A DNA stretch of 64,000 nucleotides, from positions 743,174,958 through 743,238,957 of the forward strand of contig NC_133617.1 of assembly GCF_048593235.1 (NCBI RefSeq). The letters run 5' to 3'. Shown here one piece after another: positions 34,901 to 47,545 of this stretch (position 1 is the first letter of the stretch; each line of letters opens with the position of its first letter). Position numbers and translations under genes: made by a program. Source of the stretch: Sminthopsis crassicaudata (Eukaryota). The notes beneath the pieces were generated by a model. It saw only the letters and a list, made by a program, of their open reading frames with translations, was not told the DNA's origin and searched no databases.

Positions 34901-37686
34901 TCAGTTACCCTCCCGGAGCAGGAGCTCAGCTCAGTTACCCTCCCGGAGCAGGAGCTCAGCTCAGTTACCCTCCCGGAGCAGGAGCTCAGCTCAGTTACCC
35001 TCCCGGAGCAGGAGCTCAGTTACCCTCCCGGAGCAGGAGCTCAGTTACCCTCCCGGAGCAGGAGCTCAGCTCAGTTACCCTCCCGGAGCAGGAGCTCAGC
35101 TCAGTTACCCTCCCGGAGCAGGGGCTCAGCTCAGTTACCCTCCCGGAGCAGGGGCTCAGTTACCCTCCCGGAGCAGGAGCTCAGCTCAGTTACCCTCCCG
35201 AAGCAGGGGCTCAGCTCAGTTACCCTCCCGGAGCAGGGGCTCAGCTCAGTTACCCTCCTGGAGCAGGGGCTCAGTTACCTTCCCGGAGCAGGAGCTCAGT
35301 TACCCTCCCGGAGCTCAGCTCAGTTACCCTCCTGGAGCAGGAGCTCAGTTACCCTCCCGGAGCAGGGGCTCAGCTCAGTTACCCTCCCGGAGCAGGGGCT
35401 CAGTTACCCTCCCGGAGCAGGGGCTCAGTTACCCTCCTGGAGCAGGAGCTCAGCTCAGTTACCCTCCCGGAGCAGGAGCTCAGCTCAGTTACCCTCCCGG
35501 AGCAGGAGCTCAGTTACCCTCCCAGAGCAGGAGCTCAGCTCAGTTACCCTCCCGGAGCAGGGGCTCAGTTACCCTCCCGGAGCAGGGGCTCAGCTCAGTT
35601 ACCCTCCCGGAGCAGGAGCTCAGCTCAGTTACCCTCCCGGAGCAGGGGCTCAGCTCAGTTACCCTCCCGGAGCAGGAGCTCAGCTCAGTTACCCTCCCGG
35701 AGCAGGGGCTCAGCTCAGTTACCCTCCTGGAGCAGGGGCTCAGTTACCCTCCCGGAGCAGGAGCTCAGCTCAGTTACCCTCCTGGAGCAGGGGCTCAGTT
35801 ACCCTCCTGGAGCAGGAGCTCAGCTCAGTTACCCTCCCGGAGCAGGGGCTCAGTTACCCTCCCAGAGCAGGAGCTCAGCTCAGTTACCCTCCTGGAGCAG
35901 GGGCTCAGTTACCTTCCCGGAGCAGGAGCTCAGTTACCCTCCCGGAGCTCAGCTCAGTTACCCTCCTGGAGCAGGAGCTCAGTTACCCTCCCGGAGCAGG
36001 GGCTCAGCTCAGTTACCCTCCCGGAGCAGGGGCTCAGTTACCCTCCCGGAGCAGGGGCTCAGTTACCCTCCTGGAGCAGGAGCTCAGCTCAGTTACCCTC
36101 CCGGAGCAGGAGCTCAGCTCAGTTACCCTCCCGGAGCAGGAGCTCAGTTACCCTCCCAGAGCAGGAGCTCAGCTCAGTTACCCTCCCGGAGCAGGGGCTC
36201 AGTTACCCTCCCGGAGCAGGGGCTCAGCTCAGTTACCCTCCCGGAGCAGGAGCTCAGCTCAGTTACCCTCCCGGAGCAGGGGCTCAGCTCAGTTACCCTC
36301 CCGGAGCAGGAGCTCAGCTCAGTTACCCTCCCGGAGCAGGGGCTCAGCTCAGTTACCCTCCTGGAGCAGGGGCTCAGTTACCCTCCCGGAGCAGGAGCTC
36401 AGCTCAGTTACCCTCCTGGAGCAGGGGCTCAGTTACCCTCCTGGAGCAGGAGCTCAGCTCAGTTACCCTCCCGGAGCAGGGGCTCAGTTACCCTCCCAGA
36501 GCAGGAGCTCAGCTCAGTTACCCTCCTGGAGCAGGGGCTCAGTTACCTTCCCGGAGCAGGAGCTCAGTTACCCTCCCGGAGCTCAGCTCAGTTACCCTCC
36601 TGGAGCAGGAGCTCAGTTACCCTCCCGGAGCAGGGGCTCAGCTCAGTTACCCTCCCGGAGCAGGGGCTCAGTTACCCTCCCGGAGCAGGGGCTCAGTTAC
36701 CCTCCTGGAGCAGGAGCTCAGCTCAGTTACCCTCCCGGAGCAGGAGCTCAGCTCAGTTACCCTCCCGGAGCAGGAGCTCAGTTACCCTCCCAGAGCAGGA
36801 GCTCAGCTCAGTTACCCTCCCGGAGCAGGGGCTCAGTTACCCTCCCGGAGCAGGGGCTCAGCTCAGTTACCCTCCCGGAGCAGGAGCTCAGCTCAGTTAC
36901 CCTCCCGGAGCAGGGGCTCAGCTCAGTTACCCTCCCGGAGCAGGAGCTCAGCTCAGTTACCCTCCCGGAGCAGGGGCTCAGCTCAGTTACCCTCCTGGAG
37001 CAGGGGCTCAGTTACCCTCCCGGAGCAGGAGCTCAGCTCAGTTACCCTCCTGGAGCAGGGGCTCAGTTACCCTCCTGGAGCAGGAGCTCAGCTCAGTTAC
37101 CCTCCCGGAGCAGGAGCTCAGTTACCCTCCTGGAGCAGGAGCTCAGTTACCCTCCCGGAGCAGGAGCTCAGTTACCCTCCTGGAGCAGGGGCTCAGTTAC
37201 CCTCCCAGAGCAGGAGCTCAGCTCAGTTACCCTCCCGGAGCTCAGCTCAGTTACCCTCCTGGAGCAGGAGCTCAGTTACCCTCCCGGAGCAGGGGCTCAG
37301 CTCAGTTACCCTCCCGGAGCAGGAGCTCAGCTCAGTTACCCTCCCGGAGCAGGGGCTCAGCTCAGTTACCCTCCCGGAGCAGGGGCTCAGCTCAGTTACC
37401 CTCCCGGAGCAGGGGCTCAGTTACCCTCCCGGAGCAGGAGCTCAGCTCAGTTATCCTCCTGGAGCAGGGGCTCAGTTACCCTCCTGGAGCAGGAGCTCAG
37501 CTCAGTTACCCTCCCGGAGCAGGAGCTCAGTTACCCTCCTGGAGCAGGGGCTCAGTAACCCTCCTGGAGCAGGAGTTCAGTTACCCTCCCGGAGCAGGGG
37601 CTCAGGTACCCTCCCGGAGCAGGGGCTCAGGTACCCTCCCGGAGCAGGGGCTCAGTTACCCTCCCGGAGCAGGGGCTCAGTTACCC
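31925..37686. repeat. Large minisatellite/VNTR, 25/30-bp unit [GCTCA]GCTCAGTTACCCTCCCGGAGCAGG(A/G), roughly 200 units, in ITGA9 intron 1
   Basis: Read directly. Variants: optional GCTCA pentamer, AGGA/AGGG, CCGG/CTGG/CCAG and TTAC/TCAC. Degenerate proto-units at the left edge (about 31900-31960). Confidence 0.99.
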
Positions 37687-39427
37687 TCCTAATGCATTGT
37701 GTAACGTTCCATGAGCCACACAAGCGTCAGCAGTAAGCGCAGGGATCATCAACAGTAAGAGCAACAACACCACGGTCCATGGTGAGCAAGTCTTGAGGGA
37801 GATCTTTCCCACTAGCCCACAAAAAGTGGGCCCGAGAAGGCAGACCCCTGAGGCAGGGCCCCCGGGGCCTCGCCGCCCAGCCCTGGACACCCCTTGCCAC
37901 ACCCTTGGTCCTCTTCCCCCGTAGGGAGGGTCTGTGCCCACATCCTAGGGGGAGCTGGTGCCCTTCCCCTCCTCGCCCTCCGGCCCCGGGGCTCTGCCTG
38001 GTTCAAGCTCATGCTGGAGCTGTGTAGTCACTTGGTGAGGGGCCGAGAGGGGCGGCAGCCTCGGGACTGGGCCCGGCCACAGGCGGAGCCCACATCTTGG
38101 CAGTGGGTTCTCCTGGGCCAGGGCCCAGCTCGCGCTGGAAGAAATGATGAATGGTTCTTATCTGAAGCACATTGGGCTGGTCCCCGGACAGCCTGATCAA
38201 AGGAGAAGGAGCCAGTGGGCGACCCGCGGTCAGGTCAGCCCCTCGCAGAGAAGGCGGCTGCTTTGTTTCTCCCCCACCTCAGACTTGAAAGAGCAAGCCC
38301 CTCCATCAGGACAGCGTCCAAGCGTCTCCCCGGCCCTTTCACAGGCTCATCCCTCACTCCCTCCTCCACACCATGCTTCTAGCTGCCTTGAGCATCAGTC
38401 GTCCGGGCAGGCGCCCCTCACAGGTGCCCCTACCAGCCCCCCCCCCGCCCCGGCCGGCTCTTGGACATCCGTGTTCTTTATTCATTAACAACTTTGCTCA
38501 GACACTTGAGAAACCAGTCCCACCCCAAGAGACCCAAAAGACGGAACCAAAGTGGTGTCTGCAGGAAGTGCGGCTCACAGCCGAGGGATGGAAAGGAAGA
38601 CCTGGACGGGGGCCAAAGACTTCAGCGACCGGGCCGGAGAGCACCTGACCCACCGTGGCGGGTTCAGCCAGGGAGAGAACCACCCAGGCCCCGTGGGCAG
38701 CAAGCGTAGGTCCCCGACAGGACCCAAGCACCGAGCGCCCCCCTGCCATGGAGGGGAGACCCACCAAAGGCCCAGCTAGCCCCCTCCTGGGACAGCACCA
38801 TCCTTCTGCCTGGCACCCCCCAAAGCATCAGCAGCCCCCGCCTGAGGTCCAGTGCCTCTGAGGCTGGGAGGGAATCCTCCCCCTCCCCCAGCTGCGCGAG
38901 TCCCACCATCACTCAGGGGTCAGAGCTGTCAAAGCATCTGGACCTTCAGCACAGAAGGGCTCCCCCATGGACCCCCCAGTAACAAGGCTGACAGGGAATC
39001 CTTCCCCCGAGCTACGTGAGTGCCGCCATCACTCAGGGGTCAGGGCTGGTAAGGGGCACCTGACCACCTTTAGCAGGGAAGGGCTCTCGCATCCCAGCAA
39101 CAACAGCTGGCAGCTTACGCCACCCCAGGAGCCAGTGCTCCCTGTCCCCACTTTCTGGCTGAGGGCAGGCGGGGGTCACCCAGCGAGGGTCTGCGTCAGG
39201 AGCGCGAGCAGGAGGTCCCCGCGGTCTGCGCCACGGCACCCAGCTGTCTCTCTGTGCTCCTGGTGGGTGGCCACGCCATTTCCTTGTTGTGAGGTCTGTG
39301 CTTCACTAAGGAATCAGGGTCCTCTCTGAGGAGCCCCCCAAGTAGGGAGCCGTCAGCAGCCACCGCCCATGCTGAGTGCCTGGTGCCTAACGCCAAGCAC
39401 TCCATCTTTTCTGGCCATTCACCAGCA

Positions 39428-39582
39428 GTGACCCTGGGCACTCAGACCCCACCTGCCTCAGTTTCCTCATCTGTAAAATGAGCTGAAGAAGGAAAAGGCC
39501 GGCCGGCCGCTCCAGTATCTCTGCCAAGAAAACCCCCAGAGGGTCCCAGAGTCAGCCACGACTAAAGCGACTTAAGAACAAA
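39428..39582 (+). mobile_element. MAR1-type marsupial SINE
   Basis: Core CTCAGTTTCCTCATCTGTAAAATGAGCTG followed by an RTE-derived tail CTCCAGTATCTCTGCCAAGAAAACCCC...GAGTCAG.CACGACT. Confidence 0.7.
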
Positions 39583-40429
39583 CTAAACTACATCTCTCCA
39601 GCCAGTGTTTTTGAGCCCTTGATCACACGCTCTCAGGGGGTCCCACTGGGGGAAGGGCCCGCTGGCTCAGGACAGAAAGGTGCAGCGTCCTCCTCTCTGG
39701 CCAGACATCTGGGAGATGGGATTCCGATCTGGAGGCTCGGTTCGGGACAGAGACGGAGCCAGAGCCCTCCCCTCCTCTCCTTCTGGGCTCACAATCCCCC
39801 AGCACGTTCCTTCCCCCTGAAAGGGTCCCCCTTGGGACCCCCACTGACCTTGTGCCTAATTACACCTACACTGTCTCCCCCATTTAAACGTGAATTCTAC
39901 CAAGGCAAAGACCGTTTTTGCCTTTCTTCTCTGCGACCCTTAACATATCACCGGGCAAACAGTAGGTGTCTAATAAATGCTTCCTTACTAGCAGCCTAAC
40001 CAGAGGCTTTTAAAGGGGAGGCAGGACCTTCCTCTCCCTGTAATAAAGGCCAATTTCATGACAGTGGAAATAGAAGGGAAATGCCGGCCAGGCAGAGGAG
40101 GAACATGGCACGGCACACGCAGGGTGCTTCCAGGAGGCAAGAGGGCCCAGCCGAGAAAACCACCCCAAAGCCCCAGCCCCAGGCCTTCCCCCCACAATTA
40201 GCTGTGAGACTGTGGGACCTGCTACTTCCTGTTTGCTCATCTGCAAAAGGCGGATAATAATCCCAGCAGCACTTCACCTCACCAGGGTTCGGAACGAGCT
40301 AATATCGGCCGGCCAGTGAACACACGGCGACCCTTCCACGGGCCAGCGTCGGGCTAAGCGCTGGGACACAGAGGAAGGCAAGACAGTCTCCTGATGGGGG
40401 AGACCAGACCCAAATCGCATGGACGTGCA

Positions 40430-40738
40430 GCATACGTAGATGGAGGGATAGACAGACAGGTGGATAGATGGATGGATAAAGAAATGGATGGATGCACAGA
40501 TAGATGGATGGATGGACAGCTAGATGAGTAGATGGATGAATAGATGGATGGATGAGGANNNNNNNNNNNNNNNNNNNNNNNNNNNNNNNNNNNNNNNNNN
40601 NNNNNNNNNNNNNNNNNNNNNNNNNNNNNNNNNNNNNNNNNNNNNNNNNNNNNNNNNNNNNNNNNNNNNNNNNNNNNNNNNNNNNNNNNNNNNNNNNNNN
40701 NAGGTAGATGCATGGATAGATAAATGAATGGATGGATT
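40430..40738. repeat. (GATG/GATA)n microsatellite interrupted by an assembly gap of 142 N (40559-40700)
   Basis: GATGGATAGATG repeats flank both sides of the N run. Confidence 0.95.
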
Positions 40739-41764
40739 TAAAGAGTATAAATTGGTGGTAAATGATGTTAAATTTCAAACAATAACAATTATATTATTAA
40801 CGGGGAGACGATCACTGCCACTATTGCCCAAGATCACACAGGCAGCTGGTTTAGAGCCAGATTTCAAGCCCTGTCCCCCTTCCCGACTGAGCGAGGCATG
40901 TACAGAAATAAATAGCGATTTAGGATTAAAAGAGGCTTGAAGGTTGAGTTACAAATGAGCAGCTGAGGCCCTTGGAGGCCGCGACTTGTCCCTGATCATT
41001 CAGCTAGAAAGGTATCTGAGGCGGGCTTTGACTCGGGCCTTCCCAACTCCGGACAAGCTCTCTGTCCACGGGAGGGCCCTGGTTCTTCGTCCCTCCCGCC
41101 CGCTGTGAGGCCCAGTTCCAGGTGATCCCGGTGTCAGATGATAATACCCAGTCCCCAGAGTAGCTGGCCAGAAGCCTGCACAAGATCAATTATCTTCAAA
41201 GCAGAGAATCACTGGGATCTTGGAGCAGCACAGAAAGCCCCGGGGCAGGAGCAGCCGAGGGACGGAGCAGGGGGCAGAGCTGCTGCGGCCACAAGAGACC
41301 TTCTGGGGTCTAGCAAGTGCTGGACAAGCAGGCAGTGGCCAAAATCAGGGCATGGAGCAACAGCCCTAGACTCCGAGGAGCTGAGTGCAAATCTCTCCTC
41401 TGTTCTTCCCACCTGGGCAATCACCTGTCCTCTCAGAAGCTGTGTCCTCCTCTTTAACTGAGGGAACTGGACAAGACAAGCTCTAAGGCTCCTTGTGGGG
41501 GCAGACCTCAGATCTATTTACCCAGGATCCTTTCTTGGAACATACAGAGATGGGAAGAGGGTCTCCTGGGAAATGTGAAAGGGCCTTGGGGTTTCGGTAG
41601 AAAAGCCTGGAGCTCTGAGTGTGGGGCATCTTCTAAGAGCTGCTGCTCCTGTTACAGAAAGAAGTCCACCAGGAACCAGACTTTAGGATTCAAGTTTTGA
41701 CCCATTTATTTCTTTAAACCAAAAGGAGTAATGGCTGTCATGCAAATTCAGCTAGCACCTCCAC

Positions 41765-42570
41765 AGATGGAGGAAGGGAGGAAAAGAGGGAGAAATGGAG
41801 GAAAGAGAGGGAAAGGAGAAAGGATAAAGAGACAGAGGAAGGGAAGGAGGAAAGGATGAATGGAAGAAAGGATGAGGACAACAGGGATGGAAGAAAAGAG
41901 GGAGAGATGAAAGGAAGGATGAAGGAATGAAGGAAGGGAAGGAGGAAAGAATGGAGAAATGCGAGGAGAAAAAGAGATGGAAAAAATGGAGGGATAGAGG
42001 AATGGAGGAATGAATGGATGGAAGAAAAGATAAAGGGATAAGGAAAGAGAGGAAAGGAATGGAGGGAAGGAAGAAAAGATGGAGAGATAGAGGGATAGGA
42101 AGAAAAAGGATGAGATGGAAAAGGGTAGAGGAATGGAAGAAGAAAAGGAGAGATGAAAGAAAGGAGGAATGGATGGAGGAATGGATAGATGGAAAAAGGG
42201 ATAGAGGAATGGGAGAAGGAGAGAGATTTTAAAAAGATGGAAGAATGGGAAAAAAGAGGGACAGATGGAAAATGATAGAGGGTAGGGTGAAGGGATGGAG
42301 GGATAAGATGAGAAAAGAAGAGATGGAAAAGGATAGAGAAATGGAAGGAGATGAGAGAAAGGATGAAGGGATGGAAGAATGATAGTTGGAAGAAAGGGTA
42401 TTAGAGTAGAAGAATGGAGAAGAGGAAAGATAAAAGAAAAGAGGGAGGGATGAAAGCGAAGGAGGAAAGGATGGAGGGGTAGAGGGATGGGAGGAGAGAG
42501 GGAAAGATGAAAGAAAGGATGGAGGAACAGGAGAAGGAAAGAAGGAAAGGAGGGAGGATGGACGGAGGGA
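41765..42570. repeat. ~800-bp purine-rich low-complexity tract (GGA/GAA/GAT)
   Basis: Almost entirely G and A on the + strand. Confidence 0.95.
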
Positions 42571-43341
42571 CACACTGATGGATGGCTCGATTGGATGGAT
42601 GCTGACACAGAGCAGCAGCTTCGAGTTTGCAAAGCACTTAACAGACATTATCTCCTTTGGCCTTCACAATAACCCAGGGAGACAGGAAGTGATTCCATTA
42701 CCCAAAAGAGTCCCGGGAGAACGAAACCAGAAATCCGCTGCTAACTAAATTCCAGAAGCTTTTTATTCCAAAGACACTTATGAAGTGCCTACTGTGTGCC
42801 CAGCGCGGTGCTGAACGTTGGGGATGGATGCAAAGGCCGTCACAAGGCAGCCCCTGCCAGCTGGAAGCTTGTGCTCTTCCCTAGGCCCCTTGCCCACCCA
42901 CAAACTCGACCCCAGAGCTTGGCCAAGAACACCCGGCCGGCCCCCTCGAGCTCTTTGCCGAAGATTGCAGGGAGGGGGAGGCTTGAATAATAGAATGAAA
43001 GCATGGGGATTCAGCCGGCTCCCCTCCTCCCCTCCCCACCTTTCGGGGTGCTGGGGGGGATACCCAGAAAGTTAAACCAGGAATCTCCTGGGACAAGGAG
43101 ACCCAAGTCAGTTCTGTCCAACAAGCACTTATTAGGCACCTCCCAAGTGCCAGGGATTGTGTGGTGAGGGGCCAATGGAGACACAGAGACAGGAGGACAC
43201 AAGCCCCGCTTTCCAAGAGCTGAAATTCTGCAGAAGAAAGCGACAGAAACTGCACAGAGATGAGCAAATAAAAGACAGATCTCAAAAGTCATTACAGAAT
43301 GGCAGAGTCAGAAAACCAGGAATCAATCAAAGATCTTAAGG

Positions 43342-43760
43342 ACCTACTATGTGCCAGGCACTGTGCTAAATACAACCACTTTAAAGGCAGAAGTGGGCAC
43401 TTCCCAGCCCTCAGGGAGTGTCTCCAGAGAAACCACGTATACACCCATAGAATAGCAATGGTCAGTTAACAAATATGTATTGCACACCTACTATGTGCCA
43501 GGCACTGCACTAAATACAACCAATTTAAAATCAAAAGTGGGCACTTCCCAGCCCTCAGAGAAACCACATATACACCCATAAGATAGCAGTGGTCAGTTAA
43601 CAAATATGTATTGCACACCTACTATGTGCCAGGCACTGCACTAAATACAACCAATTTAAAATCAAAAGTGGGCACTTCCCAGCCCTCAGAGAAACCACAT
43701 ATACACCCATAAGATAGCAGTGGTCAGTTAACAAGCATGCATTGCGCACCTACTATGTGT
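43342..43760. repeat. 131-bp tandem triplication seeded on an L2 terminus
   Basis: ACCTACTATGTG recurs at 43342, 43486, 43617 and 43748 (periods 144, 131, 131). Copies 2 and 3 are near-identical. Confidence 0.92.
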
Positions 43761-46700
43761 CAGGTGCTGCTCTGAGGACACAAAGGGCATCCCTGCCCTT
43801 CTATAAGAGGCCTTTCCTCACCCTCCTCCATGCTGATAGGCTTCCCTCTGGGGATCATTTCCAGTCTCCTCTGGCTGTGATTTGTTTGCTGGGTGACTCC
43901 CCCACAGACAGTGAGTTCCTTGAGCGCTGGGATGGATTTTTGCTTGCATTGCCTGGCTCACAGTGGGTGCTTTATCAGTGTTCCCTGGCTGACTGGTCTG
44001 TAGATCGCCAGTTATCTCTGACGTCACGTGAAGGCACCAACTTGAGGCAAGGGGGCCGTGTCTCTGCCCCTCGTTTCCGGGAATTTCCTAAGAGACCAGA
44101 GCTGACCCCAGAGGAGGGCCAAGGCCCAAAGGTCCCACAGGAGAAAGTGGATTTGAATCTGGTCCTTCTGCTTCCTGGTGCTGACGGGACCCTCCCTCCC
44201 CTGAGGAGCGGGACCTCCCTTCCTCTGGGCACCATGAGCCCAAACCCAACCAGCCCGGCCCAAACCTAGCAGGCACATACACACACAAAGCTGACAATGA
44301 GAGTCCCAGCTCATTTTACCGTCCAGGACCAAAAAAGGCCATTTTAATGCTCCGAGGTATCATGGGCTGCTTTCTTACTTCTCCTCACCAGTGTCTAGCT
44401 TGGGGGCCCCTTCGAACGCCCCTTCTTTCTCCTGGAGTTTTGCCATCATTCTCCCCAGCCGCGCCAGCTCTCCTGCCCCTCTGGGCCTTGTGGCGCCCTC
44501 CCCTAGCCCAGCCATCCCTGAGAGACAGGGCACCTTGGGCACAAGGGCAGGGCAGAGCTGCTCTGCCCTCCTCCCGCTTGCTTGGTTCCTCAAACAGGAC
44601 CAGCCCGGGTCACCTCCATCCTTCCTTCCAGCCAGAGCACCGCCCAGACCCCCCGGTGAATGAGGGAGCGAGCCACCAGAGGAGAGGCAGCTGGGTTGTC
44701 CCCAACTCCTTCCAAATCCGAGGGTGTGAAAGAAATTCATTTTTGAGGGCTGGAAGCTGGCCGGGGTCCCTCAGGATCAGCTGCCGAGTGCGTCTCCCCG
44801 TCAGGGACAGGGAGACAGTGGGCTTCTGTGAGGGGCTGCGGCATCTGGGCCCTGCTCACATCGCGAGCATCAGCCAGGAGCCCCGAGGACAAGGAAGCAA
44901 CAGGGAGCCGGCGGGCAGGGCCGAGAAGGGCGCTCTGAGGCACCACGGCACAGGTGACCCGGCCACTCGGGCACAGGCCGACGCGCACCCCTTAGTAAGA
45001 ATGAGTAATAGTCCAGCAACAGAACGGCAGGACCCCAGAGGTCGCCTGTCCCCACAACTGCACAGAAAGGAACAGCCCCCACCCTCCTGTGACAGATACG
45101 GCAACTGAGGCCCAGGGTCACTCGGGGAGGCAGCCTCGGAGGCAGAAGGGGACCCAGAGTGTTCTCCCCAGAGAGTTTTCGTCCCACTGTAGCGTGGAAA
45201 AGCGTGCTTAGGGTTGTCTTCCCAACTCCTTCCTCTGAGTAAACTGAGGCAGGGGAAGGGGCTTAGACAAGACTACTCATAGGATCATAGATCTAAAGCT
45301 GGAAGGGACTGCAGAAGCATCATTTACAGATGAGTAAACTGAGGCAGGGGAAAGATACTGCTCACAGTATATAAATAAATAGTAGTACTATTGGACAAGA
45401 CTGCTCATAGGATCACAGACCTAAAGCTAGATGGGACAGGCAGGGGAAGAGGCTTGCCCAGAATGATGTGAGTGGCAGAGGGGGATTCAAACACAGACCC
45501 TCAGACTTGCCCCACAGCTCCTCCCGAGACCCTCTTCTGCATCTGCCCAGACAATGACTGGCAAGCTCCCGGGGGGCACAGGGACCCCGGTCAGGAAGGA
45601 GCATACGGGTTTAAGTCTCCTCCGGACACAGCCCATGGCCCCAGACAACCCCCAAGCCCCAAGGTGCAGAGCACATAAGGGAGCTCCTCACACCCCTGAG
45701 CTCACAGTGCAGACCCTCCCCACAAATCAGGCCTTTCCTGCGCTGTTATTGTCACATCTTAGACACACTAGGTGCCCCAGGCCCGAGGCAGGCTATGGTG
45801 GGGCAGCTTTATCGGGGCAGCATCTGGGGCCTCCGCCAGGAAGACCGAGGCCCTGTGGATGTGGTGTCTCCTGGGCTCCTGGAAGGCCACAGTTGGGTGC
45901 GGCGATAACAGGAGCGACGTTAGGAAGCAGCGTATCCCCTGCTGGCTCCCTCACAGCTAACCAGGTCCTGACCGGAGAAGGGGCCAGAGATTCCGTGGCC
46001 CGATGGCTGACAAATCCCCCCCCACCCTGCAAAGCTCCAGCAGCTGCCCTGGAACCGCGGCACTCCCGCAGACCAAACCACTGCCCACAATCCCCGGAGT
46101 CACAACGATCCAAGGCCAGGGTGGTTCGTGGCTATTGCTATAGTGACTCCCCATTACCAAACTCCACAGAAGGGGAAGAGGGAGGGGCCCAGGAGGAGAA
46201 TCATGAGGGAACCGGTGAGGTGCCAATCACCTCCATCATCCCCTCCGCTTCCAGGGCTGTACAGAGAAGGCTCCGATGGTTCAACAGCCAATGAGCCGAA
46301 GTCTGTTATCAAACTACACAAAAATCGCCTGTGGGTCACCCAAGACAAAGGCGGGGCAGCGGCATCCCACCTAACAACTCGCCTCTGAACCAAAAGCACA
46401 CGAGGCACGAGACTCCGGTGGTACCGCTGAAAGGAGAGAGCGGCCTGGGAAGAGGCCCCGGAGTTGGTTTCAGATCCTGCTCCCCTCCAGCTGCAAAGCA
46501 AGGCTTCTAGGACCTTGGAACACTGAGCGCCGATGTGTCCACGGGGCCTCACACTCATACATGGCGTCCAAACCTCACAACAGCTCTGGGAAGTCAGGGG
46601 TCTAAATGCCACTGACGTCACAGAGGGGGACACTGGAGGAGATTCAGGGACGTCCCCTGGTCACTATTACACACTCACCCTCACACATGCACCAACTCTT

Positions 46701-46859
46701 GTACGGAAAGGCTAGCCAAGCAAAGAGGGGCAAAGTTTCACTCAAGCTACAAAATGCTAAATTTAAAATCAACTACGGAAAAGGTGATAGACACAATTAA
46801 GAGAATGATATCGCTGCAAACTTATTAAAAATGTTTTCTTTCTTTAAAAAATGGAATGC

Positions 46860-47545
46860 TTGTGTCACTACTGGGTCTGTATCCCAAAGCAATGAAAAAA
46901 GGCCCCACATGAGCAGAAAAGTTTGTGTCATTCTTTTTGTAATGGAGAGGAACTGGAGACTGAGTGGACGCCCATCAGTTGGAGAATGGCTGAATAAAGG
47001 ATAGTATATGAATGTTATGGAATATTATTGTTCTGTAAGAAACGAACAGGATGATTTCAGAGAGGCCTGGAGAGATGAACTGATGAAATGATGCTGAGGG
47101 AAGTGAGAGAGCCAGAAGATCACTGTATACAGCAAGAACAAGATCATGTGATGATCATCTGTGATGGACGGGCCTCTCTCAGCAATACAGTGACCCAAGA
47201 CAGCTCCAGTAGACTTGGGATCAAAAATGCATCCACATCCAAAGCCAGAACTATGGAGAGTGAATGTGGATCAAAGCATGCTATTTTCACCTTCTTTTGT
47301 TTGTTTTTGCTTTTCTCCTGTTTTCTTTTTCTGTTTGTTTTTTCTTTTTTTGTTTGCTTTTCTTTTTTTTTGTCTTTTCCCCTTTTGGTCCAATTTTTCT
47401 TGCACAACATGACTAGTGTGGAAATATTTTTAAATGAATATATATATATATATATATACATTGTATTATTTACAAAAATAAAGGTTGAAAACTTTCTTTA
47501 CGTGTATTTGGAAAATAAAATTCTATTGAGGAAAAAACATCCAAT
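46860..47545 (+). mobile_element. 5'-truncated marsupial L1 (ORF2 C-terminus and 3' UTR)
   Basis: CTACTGGGTCTGTATCCCAAAG...GAATGGCTGAATAAA...ACTGATG...GAACTATGGAGAGTGAATGTGGATCAAAGCAT, then a T-rich UTR, AATAAA and an A tail. Confidence 0.85.

Noticed and set aside
31925-37686. CRISPR-like appearance of regularly spaced repeats, and the VTELSPCSGR ORFs
   Set aside because: There are no unique spacers, the context is eukaryotic, and the ORFs are translations of the repeat.
41748-42648. 294-aa Phe/Leu/Ser/Pro-rich and related ORFs
   Set aside because: Translations of the polypurine low-complexity tract.
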